From: Candidatus Dojkabacteria bacterium
GTDB lineage: Bacteria; Patescibacteriota; Dojkabacteria; B142; OLB20
Direction: 5' to 3'
NCBI GenBank assembly: GCA_035444565.1
Contig: DAOMOX010000004.1
Span: 12,000 to 75,999 of the forward strand
DNA length: 64,000 nt
This document shows positions 52,049 through 61,796 of this stretch, one piece after another (the first letter of the stretch is position 1; each line of letters begins with the position of its first letter). The position numbers were made by a program, and so were the translations under genes. The notes beneath the pieces were generated by a model. The model had not been told where the DNA came from and did no database searches. It was given only the letters and a program-made list of their open reading frames with translations.

Positions 52049-52298
52049 GTCATCCCGTGGTTTAACCACGGGATCCTGAGCTTTCCTGATTAGTACGTTT
52101 GAGAGGATATACGGGACTCCGTGGTCCCTCCCTTTCGGCAGGGCAGGCAAGCAAGGAGAGACAGCGCGAGGTTCGTTCTCCTTAGTCTTCCCGTGGCTTG
52201 ACCACGGGAACCCGAGCTTTCCTGACTAGCACGTGTGAAAGAATATACGGGACTCCGCGGTCCCTCCCTTTCGGCAGGGCAGGCAAGCACGGAGAGAC
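52049..52298. repeat. tandem duplication (2 x 114 bp, period 136 bp) of an inverted REP pair with a nested 21-bp hairpin
   Basis: Copies at 52049-52162 and 52185-52298: GTCWTCCCGTGGYTTRACCACGGGA...GGACTCCGYGGTC[CCTCCCTTTCGGCAGGGCAGG]CAAGCAMGGAGAGAC; lies between convergent genes. Confidence 0.9.
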
Positions 52299-52312
52299 GG
52301 CAGGTATGGATA

Positions 52313-54070
52313 TTAACTAATTGCACCACTAGACTGAAGCTCCCATAAGTACTTGTAAATTCCATTTTCGCGGTGAATCAAATCTCTGTGATTACCTTCT
52401 TCAACGATTTGGCCTTTATCGAAAACGAGGATTCTATCAACTTTTTCAATTGTTGAGAGTCTGTGTGCAATTACTATAGTTGTTTTATCTGCTGAAAGTT
52501 CCCAGAATGCTTGTTGGATTTCACGCTCGGAAATAGAATCTAGGTTACTCGTTGCTTCATCGAGGATGATTATAGGTGCCTCTTTAATGAATGCCCGAGC
52601 TATTGCTAATCGCTGTTTTTGACCACCTGAGAGTTTGACTCCTCTTTCTCCAATTTCAGTTTCGTATTTTCTAGGGAGCTGAGTAATGAAACTGGTCAAG
52701 TAGGCCTTTCTCGAGGCTTGATCTAATTGATCTGCTGAGTATTTCCCGGCATTTCCATAACCGATGTTATAACCAATAGTGTTATTGAATAATGAAGCCT
52801 CCTGAGGTACCATAGCGATTAATTTCCGTAGTGATTGTTTAGGGATATCTTTGATGTTTACACCATTTATAAAAATATCTCCTGTAGTCGGGTCAAAAAA
52901 TCGCATCAACAATTTCACAATTGTAGTCTTTCCTACACCAGAATGTCCTACAAGTGCGACAGATTCACCTTCACGGATTGTGAGGTTTAAGTTGTTAAAA
53001 ATTGGTCTTTTTTCATCATATCCGAAAGTTAGATTTCGAAATTCAATCTCCAACTTGCCATCTTTATCATCCAGTAACTTTTGGTTTTCGGACGATATTC
53101 GTTTAAATTTATCAACAACAGTAATTTCTTCATCCAATATACTCATATAAGACTTTAGATCTTCATAATTTTTTGCAAGTTCACGGAATTGGAATACAAG
53201 ATATTTTATTTTTGGGTAAAACGTATTGGCGAAAGATATTGCAAGAATAAAGTCTCCTGCGTTTATTACACCATTTACTAAATCCACTATCGCTACAATT
53301 ATCGTTATTAGAAAAGCAAAATTGCTAATTCCACCATTACTCAAATCAATTACTCTGAATGTCTTAGCGTAGTTAATACAATCGTGATACCACTTATCAA
53401 CAACTTTGGAAAATCGTTTTTGCTCGTATTTCTCATTGGCAAAGTATTTAACTGAGTCAAATGCAATCATATTGTCAACAATTTGGGAATTAACATCGTC
53501 CTCAGTCCTATTTAAAACCTTTCTTTTGTTTACATTGTTCTTTACCGTGAAGTACATGACTGTTGCATTTACAAAGAATGCGATTACTGTGATGATTATT
53601 AGTTTAGGATAGATTGTTGAGTAGATTGCCACTATAATTACGAAGTCGAATACTACACGAGACATCCAAATATTAAGCTCATCATAAAAAGAAAAAAACG
53701 CCCCTTCTCCTCTTTTGAAAATGCTAATTAATTTACCTGAAGATTTATTTGCATGATAGCTGAAATCTAAATCATGTAAGTGTCTGAGTACGTCTTTCTT
53801 TAGCTTCGCTGCTGCTCCAAAAAGTGCAAAATCAGAGATGTACATCGTGAATGTGTCACCAAGATATGTGACCAAAACAATCGATGATATGAGTAAAATT
53901 GATCTGTATAAAAATTCGGTTTCTCCCTCAAGAGCAAAATTAACAACATCACGGAATAAAAGTGGCAGTATGTTACTTAAAATTGCCATGAAAATATTCA
54001 AAATCGTGGCAGTGACAAAGAAATACTTAAATTTCCAAACGTATCTGTAAAATTTACCTAAGATTTTCAT
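52313..54070 (-). CDS. ABC exporter, fused TMD + NBD (Atm1/MsbA-like)
   Basis: 6-TM domain, GHSGVGKT, LSGGQKQR, LDEATS, IAHRLST. Confidence 0.92.
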   Translation of the reverse strand: MKILGKFYRYVWKFKYFFVTATILNIFMAILSNILPLLFRDVVNFALEGETEFLYRSILLISSIVLVTYLGDTFTMYISDFALFGAAAKLKKDVLRHLHDLDFSYHANKSSGKLISIFKRGEGAFFSFYDELNIWMSRVVFDFVIIVAIYSTIYPKLIIITVIAFFVNATVMYFTVKNNVNKRKVLNRTEDDVNSQIVDNMIAFDSVKYFANEKYEQKRFSKVVDKWYHDCINYAKTFRVIDLSNGGISNFAFLITIIVAIVDLVNGVINAGDFILAISFANTFYPKIKYLVFQFRELAKNYEDLKSYMSILDEEITVVDKFKRISSENQKLLDDKDGKLEIEFRNLTFGYDEKRPIFNNLNLTIREGESVALVGHSGVGKTTIVKLLMRFFDPTTGDIFINGVNIKDIPKQSLRKLIAMVPQEASLFNNTIGYNIGYGNAGKYSADQLDQASRKAYLTSFITQLPRKYETEIGERGVKLSGGQKQRLAIARAFIKEAPIIILDEATSNLDSISEREIQQAFWELSADKTTIVIAHRLSTIEKVDRILVFDKGQIVEEGNHRDLIHRENGIYKYLWELQSSGAIS

Positions 54071-54072
54071 AG

Positions 54073-54648
54073 TTATATACTAATTGAGTCTTCAAATGTG
54101 CCATTCGAAGTATCGGATACATTTTTGTCTGTTGTCTTTTTATTATCTTGCTCTTTTTTCTCTGTAGCTGGCTTTTTTCTAGCAATTAGAATTAGTATCA
54201 AATTGGCGAATAAGGATATGAATATAGAAGAGTTTAAAAGAACTAATATAGACGTTGCTAATGATTTTTCAATATCTTTGGAAAATAGAAAATCTACCTC
54301 AAAAATAAACAATCCTGTTAAATAATAAAATGTAATTACATAGTATGCTACTAAACAGAAAATAATCGATGCAGTCGAAATGATAGGAACTAGAATATAA
54401 TTGAATCTTCTATTAAATAATCTAGAATACTTGAATATATACCCAACAATGAGCCAGGTGAATATGTTACTTATAATAAAAAAAGAAATTGAAACGTATA
54501 GATTATCAAATCCTCCTCGTATCATTAGAAGAGGTTCTTCTTCAATAAAAACACCCAAGAGATTATAAGCGACCACGAGAATGGTTAATAATACTCCAGG
54601 TAGAAAGACTTTAGTCAAAGTAAATAATGATTTCAAAAAGTTTCGCAT
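54073..54648 (-). CDS. hypothetical membrane protein (~4 TM)
   Basis: Hydrophobic segments; co-oriented with neighbours and overlaps the upstream gene. Confidence 0.65.
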   Translation of the reverse strand: MRNFLKSLFTLTKVFLPGVLLTILVVAYNLLGVFIEEEPLLMIRGGFDNLYVSISFFIISNIFTWLIVGYIFKYSRLFNRRFNYILVPIISTASIIFCLVAYYVITFYYLTGLFIFEVDFLFSKDIEKSLATSILVLLNSSIFISLFANLILILIARKKPATEKKEQDNKKTTDKNVSDTSNGTFEDSISI

Positions 54649-56606
54649 TCGCCTTTTACTTTAATTTGATTTGTTTGGATAAATTTGTTGATTTCACTAA
54701 TAATAAGTGGATCAATTTCTTTTTTGTCTGGTGTGTAATTTATTAAGATCGGTTCTGTCGTCAAACCATTACATTCACCGTATTCTAGTACTAATTTTTT
54801 AAGTATAGAAATTTCATTCCAATTTGTATCATTACATTCAAAAATTTTATGTGATTCCTCGATTGTTCTAACTTCTTGAGACCAAAGATTGTTTGGATAT
54901 AGAGTTATTGTAAAAGCATTCATCTCAATAGATGAAAATTGATTTCTATTTTCAATAAAACTCTGGTTAAGACTTCTCGAATAATGATTAATATCTATAT
55001 TATTAATTGGTTGACCTTTCGAATAGACTACATTTGCGGTTTCAATGTATTTATCTAACGAAGTAACAGGATCAGTTGATATAGAAAAATTGCTAATACC
55101 ATTGGTTATGATACTATCAATTTGCTTCTTTTCGGTTATAATATCTAGATTGTCAGTTTGTTTACAATTTGTGTATTTCGATTCAAATTTCGAGTAATCG
55201 TCAATAATTCTCAATAATTCCGCAACATCTAAATTAATAGCGGTATTTGGGTTTTCGATTACTAAATAATCTTTTTCAGAAATTTCTTCTGAATAAATTC
55301 TTTTCATTTCTACCTTGATTTCTTCGTTAAGTTTGTCGGTATTTGATTTCAAAGTGTTAATCTTCTCAGTAGCGTATTCTTTACACTGATCTAAGGCTGA
55401 GGTCATAGATGTAATATTTTTCCTAAGTACAGTGTCTGTTTCTTTGAGCTGGCTAACATATTCATTATATTTATTGATTTTCGGTTTAATCTCATTTTGT
55501 TCGTCATTTAATTTGGATATTTGGTCATTATTACTTCGAATATTTTGGGCTAATAGGTCAATCATCACCGATTTTGAAATTTCAGAAGCATTTATTTTTA
55601 CAATAGAATCTTTTTTATCAATTATGTTTAAAGATTTATCTTGTATTAACCGAACTTCGGCATCACTGTTGTTTAGTAATTTGAGGAATTGGAAAAATTC
55701 GTCTTGATCTTCAAATGCATACCATGTGTTTTTATCATCCAGACTTAAAGAAATCATTTTATCGTCCTTAACAGTCTGCATCTGTGCTCCATAGAAATTA
55801 TAAGTCTGTAAAGTTGTTAATGCTTGGTAATCTTCGTTTAAATCTCTTTGTAGTATCGCAATTTCTTGTTGCTCAGTAGTTTTTTTAGATTTTAAAAATT
55901 GTAAATCTTGCATAATTTTTTTCGTTTCTTCCCCTAGGTCAATATTCTCTTTGCTTAGTTTAGTTATAATCTCATCAGATTCTGTAAGTTTTAAGGAGGA
56001 TGTATTATAAATAGAGGTAAGACTATCCGTATATGTTCTTACTTTGTCATAACTTTCGTTTATGTATTTAGTTGAGGAAGTAATGGTTTGTAAGGAAGGA
56101 GATTCACATTGGATAGATCCATTCAGAACTCCATCGATTATATTCAAATTAATCTTATCATCCAAGATATTATTAATTGCATCAATATTCATGTAATATT
56201 CTCTTTCTTTGGCACAGTTATTAATGTATCTATTCAATTCTGTTTCAAAGTCCTCTGTTATTTCTGCTAAATCTTCAAGTTTTTTCAATTTAGATGTTAT
56301 CTCAGTTGTATCATCTAGGAATCTCTGTCCATCCTTGGAATTACTAAATGATTGACAAGCTAAATTAGCTGATTCTACTAATGTTACAAAGGTCGTAAAT
56401 TCATCCTTATTTACCTGATCTTTTTCGTCGAGAGTAGATATCTTAGAAGTTTCAATATTGTTGTATTGGATTTTAAGCTCACTTAAAAGTGGTAAGTAAT
56501 TATTCCCTTCAAATTCAGTTATTGACAGGGAGTTAACCTTCGTTTGAAGTGAGGAGATACCAAAAAATATCATGATTATGAAAGTTAATACTCTTGCTAA
56601 TTTCAT
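54633..56606 (-). CDS. secreted long coiled-coil hypothetical protein
   Basis: Signal peptide; heptad-rich helical composition; spaced Cys residues. Confidence 0.65.
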   Translation of the reverse strand: MKLARVLTFIIMIFFGISSLQTKVNSLSITEFEGNNYLPLLSELKIQYNNIETSKISTLDEKDQVNKDEFTTFVTLVESANLACQSFSNSKDGQRFLDDTTEITSKLKKLEDLAEITEDFETELNRYINNCAKEREYYMNIDAINNILDDKINLNIIDGVLNGSIQCESPSLQTITSSTKYINESYDKVRTYTDSLTSIYNTSSLKLTESDEIITKLSKENIDLGEETKKIMQDLQFLKSKKTTEQQEIAILQRDLNEDYQALTTLQTYNFYGAQMQTVKDDKMISLSLDDKNTWYAFEDQDEFFQFLKLLNNSDAEVRLIQDKSLNIIDKKDSIVKINASEISKSVMIDLLAQNIRSNNDQISKLNDEQNEIKPKINKYNEYVSQLKETDTVLRKNITSMTSALDQCKEYATEKINTLKSNTDKLNEEIKVEMKRIYSEEISEKDYLVIENPNTAINLDVAELLRIIDDYSKFESKYTNCKQTDNLDIITEKKQIDSIITNGISNFSISTDPVTSLDKYIETANVVYSKGQPINNIDINHYSRSLNQSFIENRNQFSSIEMNAFTITLYPNNLWSQEVRTIEESHKIFECNDTNWNEISILKKLVLEYGECNGLTTEPILINYTPDKKEIDPLIISEINKFIQTNQIKVKGECETF

Positions 56607-56684
56607 CTCTACAATATGGCAGTGATTAATTAATAGTATAGTTACAACACTAATCTATGTAAAGTTGGAATACATGTTGGAGTA

Positions 56685-57314
56685 TTAATTAACTTGTGTC
56701 TGTAATTCGGCAAGTGTAGGACTCCCAAACCATCGTCTGATTTCGTTGCCATTACTATCAACTTGGATGAGCGTGTGTTGATAAGTAACCCCATATTTTG
56801 TTTTCAATGTAGTAGAAGTATCATAATCTACTCTAAGAATTGCTAAATTTGAGGGAATACTTGATATATTGTTACGAATATCGAGTTCCAGCGCTTTACA
56901 AGTCGGGCACCAACTAGCAGCAAAAAATAACACAGCTTTGTTACCTGTGGTTGATTGTAATTTCTCCAATGAATAATTAGTGTAATTTCCAAGAGCCTCA
57001 TCTGAGTTCAGATCAGAACCTTCTGTTGGGTCTATTGGCATTCCTGATTGGTCACTTACCACCGTCTCGGTTGGTATAACTTCTAGTTCTTCTTCTATGT
57101 TGTCGTCTGAATCAGAAAATAGAAATTTATAACCTAATAGCCCTATTATGGCAATCACTACAATGACAGCCAGAATTATTACAGGTTTGGAAACTGCTGG
57201 GGGTTTCTTGGTTGGTGTTTTATCATTTGGATTTGGTGTAGATGGTACTGGAGTTTGTAGAGTTTCGCTGGTATTTGAAACCAAAGTATTGTCAGCGTTT
57301 TGAAAATCGTCCAT
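56685..57314 (-). CDS. membrane-anchored thioredoxin-fold protein (WCPTC)
   Basis: TM, acidic linker, LFFAASWCPTC, VDYD...KYGVTYQHTLIQVD. Confidence 0.88.
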   Translation of the reverse strand: MDDFQNADNTLVSNTSETLQTPVPSTPNPNDKTPTKKPPAVSKPVIILAVIVVIAIIGLLGYKFLFSDSDDNIEEELEVIPTETVVSDQSGMPIDPTEGSDLNSDEALGNYTNYSLEKLQSTTGNKAVLFFAASWCPTCKALELDIRNNISSIPSNLAILRVDYDTSTTLKTKYGVTYQHTLIQVDSNGNEIRRWFGSPTLAELQTQVN

Positions 57315-57375
57315 AATAGGATTTAATTATAACTACATATAGTATTCACTATTTTATATCTTTAACACAAGTAAT

Positions 57376-57828
57376 ATGAGCAAAATTCTTGTATCTTTCG
57401 CTACAATGTCTGGAAATACCGAAAGAGTTGCACAGTATATTAACTCAGAACTTCCAAAGATCTCCCCAGAAACTCAAGTCTCGCTTGTAAATATGATGGA
57501 ATTAACCGAAGAACTTTTTAATGAGCACGATTTGAATATTTTGGGTTCATCTACATGGACGGATGGAGAATTTAACCCTATCTCGGAGGAGTTCTTTAAT
57601 AGATTTAGTGCTTCTACTATTGACTTGAATGGCATCAAGTTTGCTATTTTTGGACTTGGAGAATCTTATTATCCAGAATTTTGCACTGTGGTTGAGAAAA
57701 TGGAAAATGTTATAAAATCAAAAAATGGATTAATTGTTACAGAAAGTTTAAAACTTGATGGATATGTCGATGATAATATGCTGCACAGCGTGGGAGAGTG
57801 GTTGAATCAGTTTGTAAATACTATTTAG
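57376..57828 (+). CDS. flavodoxin
   Basis: [11 protein letters not shown]-binding loop, [18 protein letters not shown]. Confidence 0.92.
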   Translation: MSKILVSFATMSGNTERVAQYINSELPKISPETQVSLVNMMELTEELFNEHDLNILGSSTWTDGEFNPISEEFFNRFSASTIDLNGIKFAIFGLGESYYPEFCTVVEKMENVIKSKNGLIVTESLKLDGYVDDNMLHSVGEWLNQFVNTI

Positions 57829-58204
57829 ACTTAAAACTTAAGCTAGCAGAATTAATACAATATCTTTTCCCTGTAGGATTTGGGCCGTCATCAAAAAGAT
57901 GACCTAAATGTGCACCACAATTCTTGCATTGAACCTCAAGCCTATCCATTCCGTGTGAATTATCTACTTGGATATTAATATTTTCATTACTTAATACATC
58001 GTAGAAACTCGGCCATCCTGAGCCTGAGTCGAACTTTGTGTCGGAGGAAAATAGTTCGCTATCACAAACCAAACAATTATAAATTCCGTGCTTATCATTA
58101 TGTAGATATTTCCCAGTAAAAGGCATTTCGGTACCTTTTTCTACGACAATTTTGTACTCTTCCTCACTAAGTAGCTTTTTAAGTTCTTCTTTCGATTTAT
58201 TCAT
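57821..58204 (-). CDS. msrB: peptide-methionine (R)-S-oxide reductase
   Basis: [36 protein letters not shown]; two CxxC zinc pairs. Confidence 0.97.
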   Translation of the reverse strand: MNKSKEELKKLLSEEEYKIVVEKGTEMPFTGKYLHNDKHGIYNCLVCDSELFSSDTKFDSGSGWPSFYDVLSNENINIQVDNSHGMDRLEVQCKNCGAHLGHLFDDGPNPTGKRYCINSASLSFKSK

Positions 58205-58721
58205 TGTAAATATAATAAGTTATAGATGTTTCTCCATCCGAAGTTATGTCATTACTAGATACTAATATTTGAATATTTTTTCCAGGTCTATTTGCAGTTA
58301 TCTGCGTCCTAGAAGTATCTTCATTACTCACATCGACGGAGGTTATATTCTCCCAACCTAATATGGGTAAATCTTTCTCTAAAGCAAATGTTAAGTAAGT
58401 ATATGCCTCTTTGATGTTCAATCTTAGGACATTGCCTTCATAGTCATCCAGATTACATTCACCTTCAATTGATATTAGTTCTTCGTATGTAGGGAGTTCT
58501 GATTCGATACTGGCTAATGTTGTTTCAATTTGCTCAACATTGCATAACAATTCTTCTTCGACTATTGTCGGAATCGCAACTGTTGGTTCAACTTGCTGTG
58601 TTCCTTCAATTTTGAATTTTTTATTGCTTATGAAGAACATCACTAAGGTGGCTAGTATTAAAAATAAAAGCACAGGAAAAATCTGTTCTATTCTTCTAGA
58701 AATGTTTTGGTTTGACGACAT
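58197..58721 (-). CDS. membrane-anchored hypothetical protein, probable paralog of the adjacent lipoprotein
   Basis: N-terminal TM; C-terminal W...A..xG..I.I.V...G.T.I.Y pattern shared with 58732-59244. Confidence 0.6.
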   Translation of the reverse strand: MSSNQNISRRIEQIFPVLLFLILATLVMFFISNKKFKIEGTQQVEPTVAIPTIVEEELLCNVEQIETTLASIESELPTYEELISIEGECNLDDYEGNVLRLNIKEAYTYLTFALEKDLPILGWENITSVDVSNEDTSRTQITANRPGKNIQILVSSNDITSDGETSITYYIYNE

Positions 58722-58731
58722 AGTTGTAAAT

Positions 58732-59244
58732 CTAGTAAATTCTTTCTCTGTATATTATTTCTGTTGTTCCTGTGGGTAGTTGGTCTCCTGAATGTCTAAT
58801 GTCTACAATTAATTCGCGACCCTCTTTCTGCGCATTCAGTAATTTATATCCTGCATACCCATAAGGACCGGTATCTTCGAAACTTGAGACAGCCCATTTC
58901 TCATCGGCTACGTTAGTTCCGAAGAAGCTAACGACATCATCGAATTCATCCGTAGTCGTTAAGCGAACCTCGTAACTATCACTATCGTTTGGAGAGCATT
59001 CCACATATGTCAAAGTTGAGTTTACATAGAATGGTATGTCATCAGGCCAGTTTGCAGGTAACTGGTCACTTGCGACAATTGAACATTCTTCTGATCTTCT
59101 GACAGGTGTTGGCAGTGTTTGTTCTTGTTCTGTAATAGCGGTTTCATTAACTTCCTCAATAACATCACTGGATCTATTTGTGTCTTCTTTGGTACAACCA
59201 ACCAATAAAATAAGCGAAAGAAATGATATTGCGAGGAATTTCAT
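58732..59244 (-). CDS. hypothetical lipoprotein
   Basis: MKFLAISFLSLILLVGC lipobox; LPANWPDDIP.Y motif; probable ATG at 59244. Confidence 0.7.
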   Translation of the reverse strand: MKFLAISFLSLILLVGCTKEDTNRSSDVIEEVNETAITEQEQTLPTPVRRSEECSIVASDQLPANWPDDIPFYVNSTLTYVECSPNDSDSYEVRLTTTDEFDDVVSFFGTNVADEKWAVSSFEDTGPYGYAGYKLLNAQKEGRELIVDIRHSGDQLPTGTTEIIYRERIY

Positions 59245-59287
59245 ATGACGAGTGATAATAAGTATATATATGATAATTGTATTTCGG

Positions 59288-60007
59288 CTATTTTTCAATA
59301 GTGGTGAGTGGTCGGTTCAGATATTGTAGTCTTAGATTTTCTGGAAACCTTTCAATTGCATACCTTAACATGGTTCTAGGCATTGACTTGTAATGCTTGT
59401 CGAGGAATTCTCTTTCGATTGATATATCCCTCTTTCCAATCTCTCTTAACATCCATCCAACGGCCTTATGAATCAAGTCGTGTTCATGTTGAAGTAGATT
59501 TTCTGCAATTTGTATTGTCAAATCATATTTGTTTTTTGCTATGTAATGCGATGTTGCAATGATTGAAATTCTTTGCTCCCACAAATCTCTTGAATGTGAT
59601 AATTTTATGAGTAAGTTCTAATTACGATCTTCAAGATATTCCCCTAAAATCCTTGCGCTAGAGTCTACTAAGTCCCAATTGTTTATATATCTAGTGTTTT
59701 TCAAATAGAAATCAATAATTCCTTTCCTTATTTTATCTTCTTTCGAAAATTTGAATTTATTAACCAAAATTATCAGAGCGGTTAATCGATGCTCATGATA
59801 TTTACTTTCTAATACTTTTTGCAGTTCTTCAAGAGGAATAGAATTGAACCTTTTTGCAATTATTCTTTGTTGAGGGACAGTTAATCCTAGAAATACATCC
59901 CCTTCTCCATATTCTCCTTTTCCGGTTTTAAAAAATCTTTGAGAATGTTTTGCCCTTATAGGGTCTACTTGTATACTCAATTCCGCGATTAAATGTTTAG
60001 CTGTCAT
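59288..60007 (-). pseudogene. DNA alkylation repair (AlkD-like HEAT-repeat) gene interrupted by one in-frame TAG
   Basis: FFKTGKGEYGEGD.FLG, NNWDLVD and KAVGWMLRE...MPRTMLRYAIE all in one frame; TAG at 59620-59618. Confidence 0.85.
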
Positions 60008-60504
60008 ATTATAGATTTAGAAAAATTAGAGACTTTCCCATCTTTATCAAAAATACATTTCATAAAAAACACTTTTTCATCAACAATATCTTGGAATGAG
60101 TAATTTAAATCGTCAACTAATTCTAATTCATGATTTATTATTTGTTCGCTTTTTAACCATAAAAACTCACCATCCTCTGTTTTATTTCCAAGTGGAAGGA
60201 ATTCATCGTTTACTTTAAACTTGAAGATGCAGATAATCCAATCATCATCAGAACCCTTTTCTAGTATATCCATTCCACAGAAATTGAGATCCTTTTCAGT
60301 GATGATTAATCCAGTTTCTTCCTCAGTTTCTCTAATTGCCGCATCTACAAAATTTTCACCCAATTCAAGTTTTCCGCCAATTCCATTTAATTTATCAGGG
60401 TCAACTTTAGTGTTCGAATTCCTTTTTAGGAAAAGATACTTATCGTTGTGATAAATAAAAACTGTAACTGCTTTTATTCCAACTCTTTTGTAGTAATTTT
60501 TCAT
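60004..60504 (-). CDS. NUDIX hydrolase
   Basis: GGKLELGE....AAIRETEEETG Nudix box. Confidence 0.92.
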   Translation of the reverse strand: MKNYYKRVGIKAVTVFIYHNDKYLFLKRNSNTKVDPDKLNGIGGKLELGENFVDAAIRETEEETGLIITEKDLNFCGMDILEKGSDDDWIICIFKFKVNDEFLPLGNKTEDGEFLWLKSEQIINHELELVDDLNYSFQDIVDEKVFFMKCIFDKDGKVSNFSKSII

Positions 60505-61133
60505 AATATTTTATCAATTTCTTTTAATAGTTCTTTAGATTCGAGAATTCTTGTATGACCTACAATGTCAAGCTGAATATTTTTCGCATTTTTGAGTTTC
60601 AAGCTACTGTTAGGAATTACCATATTATCAAACCTTGGGTAGATATTTATGATTTTGTCAGTTTTAAATTTATTTATTTGTTTTAATAATTCACTTTTGG
60701 GTTTAATTTCATTTAAACTGATTTTCTGAAAGTAACCGAAGATAGAACCTTTATGTGGCGTTGAGATATTTATTACATTAATAATTCTATCGTTATATTT
60801 CTCTAGTAAAATTCTTGAGATTAGACCACCTTTACTGTGAGAAATAATACTAAAATTATTTAAATTTCGATTATCTATGTATTCTGAAATGTTGTCTACA
60901 ATTTTATTAATTGGATCACGTGTTTTAAATACAGGGAAATGAATTCTGTATCCATGTTTATTAAAATAGTCTGCAATTGTTTTTAGAGATGTCCAAATAC
61001 CATTAATCCCAATAATCATGATGATGTCACCTTTCTCACCAATTTGGTAATATTCGGGAATCGGCTTATGAAAACCAACAACTTTATGTTTAAGGATAAG
61101 GTAATATTCTTGAATTAAATTTATTATTAGCAT
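60501..61133 (-). CDS. alpha/beta hydrolase (lipase-like)
   Basis: SHSKGG nucleophile elbow, ISTPHKGS, D.MV.P, GH. Confidence 0.82.
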   Translation of the reverse strand: MLIINLIQEYYLILKHKVVGFHKPIPEYYQIGEKGDIIMIIGINGIWTSLKTIADYFNKHGYRIHFPVFKTRDPINKIVDNISEYIDNRNLNNFSIISHSKGGLISRILLEKYNDRIINVINISTPHKGSIFGYFQKISLNEIKPKSELLKQINKFKTDKIINIYPRFDNMVIPNSSLKLKNAKNIQLDIVGHTRILESKELLKEIDKIL

Positions 61134-61162
61134 ATAGAATCGGTTTTATGGAGCAGGATACA

Positions 61163-61192
61163 ATCCCTCCCTAGATTAATCTAGGGAGGGAT
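61163..61192. repeat. perfect 30-bp palindrome downstream of tRNA-Gly (terminator or REP-like)
   Basis: ATCCCTCCCTAGATT|AATCTAGGGAGGGAT is its own reverse complement. Confidence 0.8.
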
Positions 61193-61220
61193 AAACTCGC
61201 ATAGATTATTGTAAATAAAA

Positions 61221-61293
61221 AGCGGCGAACCGGAATCGAACCGGCGACCTTCTCCTTGGGAAGGAGACATTCTACCAACTGAACTACCGCCGC
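61221..61293 (-). tRNA. tRNA-Gly(CCC), CCA not encoded
   Basis: Reverse complement GCGGCGGTAGTTCAGTTGGTAGAATGTCTCCTTCCCAAGGAGAAGGTCGCCGGTTCGATTCCGGTTCGCCGCT folds into a cloverleaf with anticodon CCC and discriminator U. Confidence 0.96.
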
Positions 61294-61454
61294 ACTTAAT
61301 TTCTAACAGTATTACCTCTATACTAATCCTGCATTTTTGTAATTATAATACAATATCCTTGTGTAAGAAATAATGAACTAATTTTCTAATAAACAAAGTT
61401 CTTGTATCATTTAATTCCAAAGTATATTATATAAAAACATATTAACTACATCTA

Positions 61455-61706
61455 TTGGATAATATATTTTGCCTTCAAGCCTTAACAGACTATAAATATT
61501 TTGAAGTTTCAATTACAGGAATTGTTGCTATCATATTAGTAATGATTCTATTGGTTAAGGTTAAACTTACTTCTAATCTTCAAAAAGCTCTGATGTATTC
61601 TGTTATCCTCGCATTAATTATACTCACGTTTGAAATTGAAACTGCGACTAATAGTGACAGTTGCATAGACTTTCTTCAGCATTTTAAGTTCACTTTATTT
61701 GGTTGA
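61455..61706 (+). CDS. small 2-TM hypothetical membrane protein
   Basis: Two hydrophobic helices flanked by single Cys residues; TTG start. Confidence 0.5.
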   Translation: MDNIFCLQALTDYKYFEVSITGIVAIILVMILLVKVKLTSNLQKALMYSVILALIILTFEIETATNSDSCIDFLQHFKFTLFG

Positions 61707-61796
61707 GCCCCGGAAATTATTCGATAATGAGTATTTATATTTAACTATCCTAGTAAGATCAAAACTTTTGAATCAAAATCAATGACTACTTACCAT

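Noticed and set aside
52049-52298. Possible CRISPR array
   Set aside because: Only two 114-bp units whose internal spacers are homologous; no cas genes; better explained as a REP/BIME-like duplication
52090-52365. 91-aa ORF on the minus strand
   Set aside because: Lies across the palindromic repeat and overlaps the end of the ABC gene; its repeated peptide is a by-product of the DNA repeat
59618-59620. Genome-wide stop codon reassignment (code 25 or amber recoding)
   Set aside because: TGA and TAG end conserved genes at the expected positions (rpmA TGA, rodA TAG) and no other gene shows internal stops
61134-61460. Prophage or island attachment site at tRNA-Gly
   Set aside because: No integrase and no duplicate of the tRNA 3' end noticed elsewhere in the window
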